From: an uncultured Candidatus Saccharibacteria bacterium
GTDB lineage: Bacteria; Patescibacteriota; CALEFQ01
Length of the DNA stretch: 64,000 nt
Assembly: GCA_965230955.1 (NCBI GenBank)
Contig: OZ246404.1
Span: forward strand, 920,790-984,789
Direction: 5' to 3'
This document shows, one piece after another, positions 49,762 through 58,829 of the stretch. Position 1 is the first letter of the stretch. Each line of letters starts with the position of its first letter. Both the position numbers and the translations under genes were made by a program. The notes beneath the pieces are model-generated. The model was not told the origin of the DNA. It was given only the letters and a program-made list of their open reading frames with translations, and did no database searches.

Positions 49762-51228
49762 ATGCTTGATTATATGCGCCGGCATTTAAAGAACGCCTTC
49801 ATCCCGCACTCGGGGAATAATCACATTCCTCATGTTTTGCGACGTAAACCGCTGGCTTTTTATAGCCTGCTTTTAATTTCCATCAAAGTACTGGCCATCG
49901 CGGCCGTATTGATGGCTCCCTCCCCCGCTCAGCTGGCTTCGGGAGTGGATGCCAATTTATTGGTTTCCCTGACGAATCAAGAAAGAAGTAGCCGAGGATT
50001 GGATAATCTGAGCACCAATCCGGCATTGATCGCGGCCGCCAAAGCAAAAGCTCAATACATGCTGGACAAAGATATTTTTGAACATGGCGATCCCTGGACA
50101 TTCATTCGCAACGCCGGATACGACTATCTCTATGCCGGCGAAAATATTGCCATGGATTTCCAAACCTCTGACGCCGTGCACAAAGCTTGGATGGCCTCAT
50201 CTTCGCACCGCGCCAATATTTTAAAAACTCAATACGAAGAGATCGGGATCGCGGCCGTGGCCGGCAAATTTCAGGATCATGACACCATCATGGTCGTCCA
50301 AATGTTCGGCTCCCCCAAAGTCAAAGGTTCTACGACAACCACTCCGGTCCCAACCCCTACCCCAAATCTGACCGCCACCCCGACGCCCCCGACACCAACG
50401 GCAACACCGGCAGTGACCACCACCGCGGTAATTACTCCGACCCCGACCGCTGCTCCGGACACAACAGCACCGACAATTCCGACGATAACTTTCCCCACCA
50501 ACACTTCGATACTGTCAGAAGCTTCCGTCATCAAAGGCACAGCCGAATCCGGCAGTGTCATAACGGTTTATGATAACAATATTCCTTTGCAAGAATTGAC
50601 CGCCCTCGACGGAACCTTCACAGTTCAATTGCGCGGCAATCTCAGCGACGGGAAACATACTCTCACGGCCGTCGCCAGAGATTCGGCCGGCAATACCAGC
50701 GCCACAGCAGTACCCGTGACGTTCACGGTCGATACTACCGATCCGGTAATCGACGCCGAGCAGACGACAGCCTTAATCGACCTGGCAAACAATCAAATCG
50801 ATGTCCGGGTCAAAGTAATCGAGCCCAATCTGGCCAGGGTCAGCGCCGGAATCGGCGATCAAATCACCGAACTGACTCCCCTCGACGGGAAATATGCCGG
50901 ATTACTGACCTCGGTCAACATTGATTCGAATGATCCGGCGGTCTTCGTAGAAGCGGTTGATCAGGCCGGACACAAACAGCGCCAGCTGATTACGAATTAT
51001 AATTTTGGCGGCGTCAGTACCGGCAATCAGACGGCCGGCGGACCGCTGGGTGCAACCTTTCTCGGCGGAGTGGCCGATTGGGGCGGATACCTGATTATCG
51101 CTTTTATCATTTTCCTTGTTGTTGCCTTGCTGATTAAAATCTTTGTCCGCGTCCGAATCCAGCATCCGCCGACGATTTTGCATACCTTGGTAGTTTTACT
51201 GCTGGCCGGCGTACTGCTGGTAATATAG
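49762..51228 (+). CDS. secreted CAP (SCP/PR-1, YkwD-like) domain protein with a Thr/Pro-rich linker, Ig-like domains and a C-terminal TM anchor
   Basis: The CAP region contains NQERSSRGL...HGDPWTFIRNAGYDYLYAGENIA...AWMASSSHRANIL. The linker TTTTPVPTPTPNLTATPTPPTPTATPAVTTTAVITPTPTAAPDTTAPTIPT follows, and the C-terminus has a hydrophobic anchor. Confidence 0.6.
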   Translation: MLDYMRRHLKNAFIPHSGNNHIPHVLRRKPLAFYSLLLISIKVLAIAAVLMAPSPAQLASGVDANLLVSLTNQERSSRGLDNLSTNPALIAAAKAKAQYMLDKDIFEHGDPWTFIRNAGYDYLYAGENIAMDFQTSDAVHKAWMASSSHRANILKTQYEEIGIAAVAGKFQDHDTIMVVQMFGSPKVKGSTTTTPVPTPTPNLTATPTPPTPTATPAVTTTAVITPTPTAAPDTTAPTIPTITFPTNTSILSEASVIKGTAESGSVITVYDNNIPLQELTALDGTFTVQLRGNLSDGKHTLTAVARDSAGNTSATAVPVTFTVDTTDPVIDAEQTTALIDLANNQIDVRVKVIEPNLARVSAGIGDQITELTPLDGKYAGLLTSVNIDSNDPAVFVEAVDQAGHKQRQLITNYNFGGVSTGNQTAGGPLGATFLGGVADWGGYLIIAFIIFLVVALLIKIFVRVRIQHPPTILHTLVVLLLAGVLLVI

Positions 51229-51738
51229 AAATCCGAAGCACGAAATCCGAAATTCGAAACAAATAACAAGCAGCAAATTAAAAATACAAGTTATTATCAG
51301 CAAACCCCCGCATCAATTACATGGACAATCCGTGTCCAGCACGTAAATATGATTTGGAAGATCGTTGCTTAGCCTTTTCCAAATCAGTTAGAATGCTAAT
51401 TAAAAAATTACCTTATACTCTGAGCAACCGCGAAGATGGTAAACAGTTATTGCGCTCGTCCGCTTCGGTAGGAGCTAATTATATTGAGGCCAACGAAGCT
51501 CTGGGCAAAAAAGATTTCATTTATCGCATCAGAATTTGCCGCAAGGAAGCAAAAGAAAGCAATTATTGGCTAAACCTGATCGATATCGGTAATCAAGCCG
51601 ATCTGGAACCAATTAGAGGACGTCTCATCCAAGAGTCGGTCGAACTGTTGAAGATCTTTAGCTCTATCATGCGCAAATGCACAGTTTAGGCATTAATATT
51701 TGTAATTTGTTTCGGATTTCGGATTTTGTGCTTCGAAT
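51228..51738. repeat. inverted repeats of ~33 bp (51228-51264 and 51704-51738) bracketing the four-helix-bundle gene
   Basis: The left arm reads GAAATCCGAAGCACGAAATCCGAAATTCGAAACAAAT. The reverse complement of the right arm reads AATTCGAAGCACAAAATCCGAAATCCGAAACAAAT, which is about 85% identical. Confidence 0.55.
51321..51689 (+). CDS. four-helix-bundle protein of the 23S rRNA intervening-sequence protein family
   Basis: It contains YDLEDRCLAFSKSV...LRSSASVGANYIEANEALGKKDFIYRIRICRKEAKESNYWLNL, which matches the TIGR02436-type four-helix-bundle family. Confidence 0.7.
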   Translation: MDNPCPARKYDLEDRCLAFSKSVRMLIKKLPYTLSNREDGKQLLRSSASVGANYIEANEALGKKDFIYRIRICRKEAKESNYWLNLIDIGNQADLEPIRGRLIQESVELLKIFSSIMRKCTV

Positions 51739-51751
51739 TTAATTTATCAAT

Positions 51752-52288
51752 ATGAACAAAAAACTTCTCCTCTGGGAAATCATTGGGATTGTGGTGATAA
51801 TTTTCGCCGGCTCGGCTCTGCATTTTGTGTTTGAGCTAACAGGGCACTTCGCTCCAGTCGCGCTTATCGCCGCCGTCAATGAAAGCACCTGGGAACACCT
51901 CAAACTCGCTTTTTGGCCGATGCTCATCTTTGCCCTGATCGAATACCGCTACGTCAAAGCACTCGCACCCAGCTTTTGGCCGGCCAAAACCGTCTCATTG
52001 TGGTTGACCCCGATTCTCATCGTCGTTTTCTTCTATGGCTACCAGTGGATTACCGGCGCCGACAATCTCATCGCCGATATCACCATTTTTGCCGTAGCAA
52101 TTATCATCGGCCTATTGGTTGGCTTGAAATTGATGACCCGGCCGGCGCCAAAACCGGCTACCAAGATTGCGGCCTGGGTCGGACTGGCGATTATACTGGC
52201 GGCTTTCTGCCTGCTGACTTTTTTCCCGCCCAAGATTTTTTTGTTCCAGGATCCGATCAGCAACGGATATGGAATCATAGAGGAATAA
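51752..52288 (+). CDS. hypothetical integral membrane protein (5-6 TM helices)
   Basis: It has hydrophobic segments throughout and a hairpin terminator downstream. Confidence 0.4.
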   Translation: MNKKLLLWEIIGIVVIIFAGSALHFVFELTGHFAPVALIAAVNESTWEHLKLAFWPMLIFALIEYRYVKALAPSFWPAKTVSLWLTPILIVVFFYGYQWITGADNLIADITIFAVAIIIGLLVGLKLMTRPAPKPATKIAAWVGLAIILAAFCLLTFFPPKIFLFQDPISNGYGIIEE

Positions 52289-52366
52289 ATAATATAATCA
52301 TTACAAAAGTGCTAAGACCGTATTCGGACTTAGCACTTTTAGTTATGGTAGAATTTTTCTTGTGAC

Positions 52367-52666
52367 TCAATACAGTTTGCCCTGCTGAATCTCGGCCACC
52401 GTATCTTGCGCCTGATGGACATCGATTCGGAGAGACTGATCAGAACTCGGCAATAAAACAGCTTCTCTCATGGTGGCGCAAGTCTGATTCAAAAAAACAA
52501 ACACGAAATAGGCCCAGATCGCCAATATAATGAGAACAAAAATGGTGATCCAATTTATAGTATGATTACCTTCGACGCCCAGGCTCAAGCAAGAGATTTT
52601 CATCACGGACTGGCGAGCCTCAGCGGTGGGCGGTGCCACCGGTTTTTTATTGGAAGAGTCATTCAT
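52367..52666 (-). CDS. small single-TM protein, last gene of the pilus operon
   Basis: The start MNDSSNKKPV lies 4 nt after the pilO stop codon. It has one TM helix (ITIFVLIILAIWAYFVFVFL). Confidence 0.35.
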   Translation of the reverse strand: MNDSSNKKPVAPPTAEARQSVMKISCLSLGVEGNHTINWITIFVLIILAIWAYFVFVFLNQTCATMREAVLLPSSDQSLRIDVHQAQDTVAEIQQGKLY

Positions 52667-52670
52667 AAAT

Positions 52671-53231
52671 TTAATATTTCTCCGGCGCCACACCGATGAG
52701 GATTGTCACCGTAGCATTGACGCCTTCGCGAATCTCGCCGGTAATGGCGGTCATATATTTAATTTCATAATCTAGCTTCTGCTCGAAAACCGGATAGCGT
52801 AATTGCTCCAAATCCCCCAGAAAACCGATAAAATCTTTTTTATCACCGCGCACATTGATCACCGCAGGCACCGTCTGCGCCCTTTGCACCGCCACCATAG
52901 TATTTTGGACATCAATGGTATAGGCCAAATTGTACTTGCGGCCGATTTTTTCAATTTGGTCAATCACGCGGAAAGTCTGAACCTGAGGTAAAAGATAATC
53001 ATAAAGTGCCGCCCGTTCACGCTCGGTCTGCTGATAATTTGTTTCAACCTGCATTAACTCCTGGTTGACCTGCAGAGCCGCCTGATAATCACTCTCGGCC
53101 TTTTCATTTTGGGACAAAGCCCGCTCCACTTGCGGCTGAATCCACCCAAACATAACAAGCGCCGCCGACAATAAAACAACGGCAATAATCGCCAAACGGA
53201 TCAATAATAATTTTTTCAGGCTGGCATACAT
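52671..53231 (-). CDS. pilO: type IV pilus assembly protein PilO-like
   Basis: It has an N-terminal TM helix, a coiled-coil and a C-terminal domain, and it directly follows pilMN with a 1-nt overlap. Confidence 0.55.
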   Translation of the reverse strand: MYASLKKLLLIRLAIIAVVLLSAALVMFGWIQPQVERALSQNEKAESDYQAALQVNQELMQVETNYQQTERERAALYDYLLPQVQTFRVIDQIEKIGRKYNLAYTIDVQNTMVAVQRAQTVPAVINVRGDKKDFIGFLGDLEQLRYPVFEQKLDYEIKYMTAITGEIREGVNATVTILIGVAPEKY

Positions 53232-54808
53232 TATTTATTCTTCAGGCTAAAAGTAATTTCAAAATCTATCTTGGTATTCTCGTTGACCGAAAAATTAGAC
53301 AAGGGGTTATTCACATTATTAATTTGCGGCTCGTTTTTCAACTGCTCCTGAAAATTGACAATGTCTTCTCGGCTATTAGCCTGGCCGATCAAACGGCCTT
53401 CGCCTTTTTCGGAAATCGACAGTTTGACAATAACTACTTTGCCGGACGCCATTTTTTCTAAGTTCGCCAATAATTGGCTCCATTGATGTCGGTTTTGCCG
53501 GAGATCAATGTAAGCTCCCAGATAGGTATTGTATTTTTTTATTTCCCGCTCCATCGCCAATTGCCCCTCGGTCTTGGCTGATTGGACCTGAGATAAATCG
53601 GCGTTTATTTTTTTCGTCCGCCAATCCAGATAACCCCACATAACGCCGTAAGATGAAACGAAAATCAGCGCGCAGGCAATCACCCAGCCGGTCAGGACTC
53701 GGATACGCCGCTTTTGCGGATGAGTCACCTCTTCTTCCTGCTTATCTTGTGACACCAGATTCAACTCCCCCAGGACCGGATCAATCCCGAGTCCGCGAAT
53801 AGCCAGACCAATCGCTGTCCCGTAAGATAATTCCTGGCCGGCCAGCAACTGGCGCGAGGATTTATCCAATATTTCCGCCAACTGACCGACAGATACCGGA
53901 AGGGAGGTTTTTCGGCCGAGATATTCCGCTAAACCAGGCAATTGCGCCGCTCCGCCGACCAGTACGATTTTTTCAATATCTTTCGGCTGATCTTCGCGCC
54001 CGAGATAAAAATTTCTAGTCCGCTCGATCTCATTGGCCAGCTGATTCGCTTCGGAAGTCAATATCGTCGAGATTTCTTTTTTCGGCGAATCGGAATTCAA
54101 ACCATACCGGTGCTTCAACTCCCGCGCGTCCGGCGTGGTGACGCCCAAAGCCTGCGCCAGACTGTCCGTCCAGTCATCTCCCCCGCGCTTGAAACTGGAA
54201 GTAAATTGGATTAATCCCTGGCTATAGACGGAAAAAGTCGTATTACGGGCGCTGATATCAACCAGTAACACCCGCTGACCGGAAGATATTTGTCCCGGCA
54301 AGGCTCGCACCAATGCTTTCGATTCCATATCGAAAGCGAGCGCTTTCAGGCCAATTGTTTTGAAAATTTGGTAATAAGTATCCGCCCAGGCCCTGGTAAT
54401 CGCCGCGGCCAAAGCCGGACGCTGACCGGAAACCGTTTGCCCTGCTTCCCAATCCCAATCCATGCGCTCAATATCCTCGGAAACGTGCGAGGCCAGATCC
54501 CATTTGATCATTTCGGCTGTTTTTTCCGGCGGAGCCTGGGGTATTGTCGTCACGTGCAGATATACTTTTGATTCGGGCAAAGAAATTATGGCTAAGCGAG
54601 ATCGAATTGGCTCGGGCTTGGCCTGGCGGAGCAGAGACTGAATAATTTTCTGTAATTGAATCGGATCTCTGATTTCCCCATTGCCAATCACGCCGGACGG
54701 TAAAACAACCTGTCCGGCCGAGGATATGACCAAGCGGCCGCCGCGAATTTTACCGGCTACGGCTTTGATCGACTTCTCTCCGATGTCTAAACCAAAAGCG
54801 GGTAACAT
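53231..54808 (-). CDS. pilMN: fused PilM (actin-like ATPase) - PilN type IV pilus assembly protein
   Basis: The N-terminal 350 aa contain GLDIGEKSIKAV...LLVDISARNTT...IVLVGGAAQLPGL, which is PilM. A TM helix and a PilN-like periplasmic domain follow. Confidence 0.7.
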   Translation of the reverse strand: MLPAFGLDIGEKSIKAVAGKIRGGRLVISSAGQVVLPSGVIGNGEIRDPIQLQKIIQSLLRQAKPEPIRSRLAIISLPESKVYLHVTTIPQAPPEKTAEMIKWDLASHVSEDIERMDWDWEAGQTVSGQRPALAAAITRAWADTYYQIFKTIGLKALAFDMESKALVRALPGQISSGQRVLLVDISARNTTFSVYSQGLIQFTSSFKRGGDDWTDSLAQALGVTTPDARELKHRYGLNSDSPKKEISTILTSEANQLANEIERTRNFYLGREDQPKDIEKIVLVGGAAQLPGLAEYLGRKTSLPVSVGQLAEILDKSSRQLLAGQELSYGTAIGLAIRGLGIDPVLGELNLVSQDKQEEEVTHPQKRRIRVLTGWVIACALIFVSSYGVMWGYLDWRTKKINADLSQVQSAKTEGQLAMEREIKKYNTYLGAYIDLRQNRHQWSQLLANLEKMASGKVVIVKLSISEKGEGRLIGQANSREDIVNFQEQLKNEPQINNVNNPLSNFSVNENTKIDFEITFSLKNK

Positions 54809-54810
54809 AT

Positions 54811-55212
54811 TTATGGTTCGGTTTCAATAATATTGACTAATCCAGTATCGGTATAAAAAAGCGCTTGCAACTGCCTGGTCACCTGCCCCTTAACGCCGGT
54901 CACGACGACCTGCCGATCTTCGCCGGATTCCGTAATGACGATCGTAATCGTCACACCATTTAGGTAATCCATCGGACCGTCGGTATACGGTAAAGAAATT
55001 GCCGGCGGCCAAGCGGGATCTTTTTTAATACGAGTCAGCGTATCGTTTAGCGCGGCTTCACAGGCGGCAAAGACTTGATTACCTTTGGTCCCGTCATCCG
55101 TCATGCGAAATTCACGCAAACTCATGGCCGCAATGGCGATCGCCACAATCAAACCGACCACCGTCAATGCGGTAATGCCGATAATCGCCGCTTGTCCGCG
55201 CTGATTTTTCAT
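54811..55212 (-). CDS. pilus-associated hypothetical protein (hydrophobic N-terminus, no canonical prepilin motif)
   Basis: It is a 133-aa protein with an N-terminal hydrophobic helix, and it sits within the pilin gene block. Confidence 0.35.
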   Translation of the reverse strand: MKNQRGQAAIIGITALTVVGLIVAIAIAAMSLREFRMTDDGTKGNQVFAACEAALNDTLTRIKKDPAWPPAISLPYTDGPMDYLNGVTITIVITESGEDRQVVVTGVKGQVTRQLQALFYTDTGLVNIIETEP

Positions 55213-55722
55213 TTAATGCCTTCTTAAGGTGATAATGGAATCCAATTCGCTACTGGCCGGCGGATCAATATTGACGCTTTCAACCACGATGTTTACCGTG
55301 AAACTGACCGGCCCGGCTACCGGATCCATGACGGAAATATCAAAAGCAGACACGGCCACCATATCGCTGGTCAGCTGCTGGCTCTGGCCGTTACGATGGA
55401 CAAACATGGCTGTCTGTCCTCCCTGCCCCGCCGCCAGATAGAAACGAACATCGCCTTCAAATGTTTGAAAAGTTATTTCGTGCGCTTGATAAGGTGTTCC
55501 GACACTGTTGGCCCAGCGGCCGGTGAATTGCAGACGCTCCATAATCAGCCGGGCATTTTGCTGGGTATCGCGATTACCTTGGGCACTGCGGTTATTTTTC
55601 ATAATATCCAGCGCAAAGGAAGAGACGACCGTCATGGCCACGATCAAAATCGAGATGTAGACCAGTAATTCTACCAAGGTGAAGCCGCGCTGATTAAATT
55701 TAGCCTTTACCACTTTCATCAT
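55213..55722 (-). CDS. minor (pseudo)pilin with a prepilin-type N-terminal cleavage/methylation domain
   Basis: It contains NQRGFTLVELLVYISILIVAM, the class III signal peptide motif G-F-T-L-x-E. Confidence 0.65.
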   Translation of the reverse strand: MMKVVKAKFNQRGFTLVELLVYISILIVAMTVVSSFALDIMKNNRSAQGNRDTQQNARLIMERLQFTGRWANSVGTPYQAHEITFQTFEGDVRFYLAAGQGGQTAMFVHRNGQSQQLTSDMVAVSAFDISVMDPVAGPVSFTVNIVVESVNIDPPASSELDSIITLRRH

Positions 55723-55726
55723 TTTT

Positions 55727-58288
55727 TTAGGGGCTACAAGCGCCTTCGTAAGCAATAATAACTTTATTCAATACTGTCGGCTGGACATTGGTCGCACTGA
55801 CCAAGAAAGCTCTGACGGAAATAGTTGTTCCGCCGGCTGAAAAAGTTGCCAGATGATCATTAACCTCGGCTTGGGTACTATAGTTAGTTGCGCCGGCCAA
55901 CGCCCAATCCGATCCGTTCCAATACTGCCAACTGGCGCCGTCATCATTGCTTAATTGATAGTGAACGATTCCGGTGCCGGAGCTGTCGGCGGAAAAAGAA
56001 TACCAATTTGTCAGTCCCGTTATCGTTTTGGCTGTTTTGGGAGTTATGGCCGGACCATCGGTGGCATAACCCTGAATTGAATGGCCGGCATTATCAGTCT
56101 GGCGAAAATCATCAACCGCGTACCAACCCTCTACGGCTTGGGAAGAATTATCGACCGCCCGCAGATAAACCGGCTGGTTCTGATAATCCGCCATATTCAG
56201 TATCACTTCGCTCCAACTCCCGCTATTGGGCGCGTTAACGCGTTGCAATTCTTCGTTGTTGCTGGCTCGAAACAGCGCGACGTAATTATTGCCCTGACCG
56301 TTGGTGGCAAAATTACCGGCGGTGACTTTGACCAGTTCCGGTGTCAAACTGTTGACGTCGGTGACAAACACGATTCGATACTGGAAATAGCGATTATTGG
56401 AAACATTGGATAGAGCTAAAGAAGGAAAAGAAGCCACGGAATTGTATTGTTCGGAATAAAAAGTAGTGCCGGTTCCGTCCGGACCGATAAAAGACTCGCC
56501 CGCGCAAACAGCGTCATCACACGAACGCACTTGATAACGTAAATGCAGAATTCCGCGACGATAATGATCATTGGCTTCGGTCGCGGAAATGGCCCGATTG
56601 AAAACAGCGGCCTCGTCGATTCTGCCCGCCAAAGGATAATTTTTTACTGTCGGATTTACATTTTCTCCCAGTTGCGCCCCGACATTCAACTCGCTGTTCG
56701 TGTTTCGGGCGGTAATGGCTGAACCGTTGGAATTATCCAGCTGGCCGTCGAAATAAATTTTCATACCCGTTCCGTCCCAGGCACCGACCACGTGATACCA
56801 TTGCCCCGCGTTGACCGTCGTATTCGATTGCAAAGTATGGCTGACTCCTCCGCCATCAACCAACTTCAAAGCGACTCGCCCATTGTCCCAAAGCTGCAGC
56901 GAATAACTTTCATCGGATAAATCGGCTTTTGTGCCCTTATGGATAATTCCGCCGAAATTTTTGTAACTATCGAGGTGGATCCAAGCCTCCACCGTGCCGT
57001 CGCTGGTCAAATCCAAACTGCTATCTTGCGCCACGGCCACCCGGTTACTCACGCCGTTGAAATTAAGCGCGGTATTGAATTTTCCCGACAAGCCATAAGC
57101 CGCCCCGGAATTCAGCCCATTGTTGCTCCGTCCCGAACTATCCCAGAGCGTGCCGCTACCTTCATTAAAATGAAACAGAAGCATATTGCCGCTCATGTTG
57201 ACATTACCGCTGGGATAATCGGTTTCCGTTTGAGCGCTGTTTGGCAATTCCTTATCAGTCGGGCGCTGGGAAAGCCAAGCGATAGTTTTCCACGATTTAA
57301 CACTGCCCGCATCTTTAATCGCCGAAGTATAAGTGCCGGTACCATTGACCAAACCTTGAGCCGTCAGTTGCAACCAGTTACTGATATTATTATATTCGGT
57401 ATCGGCATACGTCCCGGTGTTAAATTGAGCTTGGTTATCATCAGTGAAATTTCCTACCGGGAAAGAAGTGGTCATTTGACTCCAGCCCCGATGGCGGAAA
57501 CGCAGTTGCTGTCCGGCCGAAGTAAAGACACTGCTTTGAATACTCCCCAAGAGCGTACTATCAGCCTCGGTACTGGCGACAAAATTTCCTCCGCCGCTAT
57601 TAACTACCTGCCAGGCATTACCCTGAACGGTCCAATTGGTAAAATCACTGGTTTGAAAATCGCCATTCGGAATAGCCGCCGCCGTGCGGTCGATCAACTG
57701 CGCTTGGCCGCCGGTCACTTCTATTTTATCCGCGTCGTAATCATAATCAGAGCCGTAAGTATAGGGCCAGTTGACATAGCAGACTTCCCAATTATCCAAA
57801 TACTCTTCCAGCGTCACCGATTGCGTACTCCCCCGTTCGGACCATTCCACCGCCACCGTCACCAAGCGAGATTCCGGGTCCACGACGGTTTCACTCCCGC
57901 AGACAGCCAGTTCATTGGTACTGACTTGACGGCAAACCGGAGACAGAGAAATGCGCCGGGTAAACACCCCGATCACTTCCCCGCCGGCAGACTCGACCAA
58001 GGACCAGTTGTCACCGCTGGGCTGGAGACGATAAATTCGGCCATCGGTGCTATAGCCGCTGAAGGTTGACCAGCTCTGCTCTTTTAGATTCGTCAGGGCT
58101 TCAATCGCCCCACTCCCGAGTGTGGTCGCTTGCCAGCGGTGCTCGCTCCAGGCGACATAGTGCATCGACTGGATCATAAGTCCGGTGATCCCGGAAACCA
58201 CAATCGTGGCGATAGCCAAAGCAATCAGCAATTCAATTACTGAAAATCCGCGCTGGCGTTTTATTTTTTTTGTCGGACTATATAACAT
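55727..58288 (-). CDS. giant pilin-like protein: prepilin N-terminus plus a LamG/concanavalin A-like lectin domain (853 aa)
   Basis: The N-terminus reads KRQRGFSVIELLIALAIATIV. The middle region contains GTVEAWIHLDSYKNFGGIIHKG...YSLQLWDNGRVALKL...GQWYHVVGAWDGTGMKIYFDGQL, which is the LamG/Laminin_G_3 pattern. Confidence 0.6.
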   Translation of the reverse strand: MLYSPTKKIKRQRGFSVIELLIALAIATIVVSGITGLMIQSMHYVAWSEHRWQATTLGSGAIEALTNLKEQSWSTFSGYSTDGRIYRLQPSGDNWSLVESAGGEVIGVFTRRISLSPVCRQVSTNELAVCGSETVVDPESRLVTVAVEWSERGSTQSVTLEEYLDNWEVCYVNWPYTYGSDYDYDADKIEVTGGQAQLIDRTAAAIPNGDFQTSDFTNWTVQGNAWQVVNSGGGNFVASTEADSTLLGSIQSSVFTSAGQQLRFRHRGWSQMTTSFPVGNFTDDNQAQFNTGTYADTEYNNISNWLQLTAQGLVNGTGTYTSAIKDAGSVKSWKTIAWLSQRPTDKELPNSAQTETDYPSGNVNMSGNMLLFHFNEGSGTLWDSSGRSNNGLNSGAAYGLSGKFNTALNFNGVSNRVAVAQDSSLDLTSDGTVEAWIHLDSYKNFGGIIHKGTKADLSDESYSLQLWDNGRVALKLVDGGGVSHTLQSNTTVNAGQWYHVVGAWDGTGMKIYFDGQLDNSNGSAITARNTNSELNVGAQLGENVNPTVKNYPLAGRIDEAAVFNRAISATEANDHYRRGILHLRYQVRSCDDAVCAGESFIGPDGTGTTFYSEQYNSVASFPSLALSNVSNNRYFQYRIVFVTDVNSLTPELVKVTAGNFATNGQGNNYVALFRASNNEELQRVNAPNSGSWSEVILNMADYQNQPVYLRAVDNSSQAVEGWYAVDDFRQTDNAGHSIQGYATDGPAITPKTAKTITGLTNWYSFSADSSGTGIVHYQLSNDDGASWQYWNGSDWALAGATNYSTQAEVNDHLATFSAGGTTISVRAFLVSATNVQPTVLNKVIIAYEGACSP

Positions 58289-58722
58289 TATTCCGGTTTA
58301 ATGATTTCGATTTTTAATTCATACCGATTATTGTCGGCCCCGTCATCATCTTTCATTATATCGCGATTTAAGTCGCTCAGTGAGGCTGACACCACGGCGG
58401 TCAGATCATTGAGTCGATCGTATTTAACGTGCGCCGGGACGGCGGGCAAATAATCGGACACTAATTCCGACAGCTGAGTCGGCAATTTACCTTTATCAAA
58501 ACCATAGGCTTCGAGAGCGATCCGAGAATCTTCCACCTCGCGCCGCAATTCAATATCCGTCTGCGTCTGCTGATCGATTTTTTCTTGTTTGACCAAATCG
58601 AAGTCACCTTCTTTTGTGGTATCCCCGGAGAACCATCCGCCGTATTGCCAGCCGTAAAACACCACGCCCACCGCGGCCGCAATAACAAGTACAATGATAA
58701 TTACCAAACCAATCTTATTCAT
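58288..58722 (-). CDS. small membrane-anchored protein with a GspG/pseudopilin-like C-terminal region but no G-F-T-L-x-E motif
   Basis: It starts MNKIGLVIIIVLVIAAAVGVVFY. It contains KGKLPTQLSELVSDYLPAVP, which resembles the GspG-type Y..yP..L..L...yl...P segment. Confidence 0.4.
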   Translation of the reverse strand: MNKIGLVIIIVLVIAAAVGVVFYGWQYGGWFSGDTTKEGDFDLVKQEKIDQQTQTDIELRREVEDSRIALEAYGFDKGKLPTQLSELVSDYLPAVPAHVKYDRLNDLTAVVSASLSDLNRDIMKDDDGADNNRYELKIEIIKPE

Positions 58723-58745
58723 ATATTTTCAGATAACATGGAGTC

Positions 58746-58829
58746 AGGTAACAAGTAACAGGTACCAAGGAACAAATAGGAATAATTTTTTCCTTTTTGT
58801 TACTTGTTACTTGTTACCTGTTACTTGTT
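58746..58829. repeat. intra-operon imperfect hairpin (~30-bp arms) built from GTAACAA/GTAACAG units
   Basis: The left arm is AGGTAACAAGTAACAGGTACCAAGGAACAAA and the right arm is TTTGTTACTTGTTACTTGTTACCTGTTACTTGTT. The left arm matches the repeat at 16126-16155 (reverse complement) with one mismatch in 30 nt. Confidence 0.5.
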
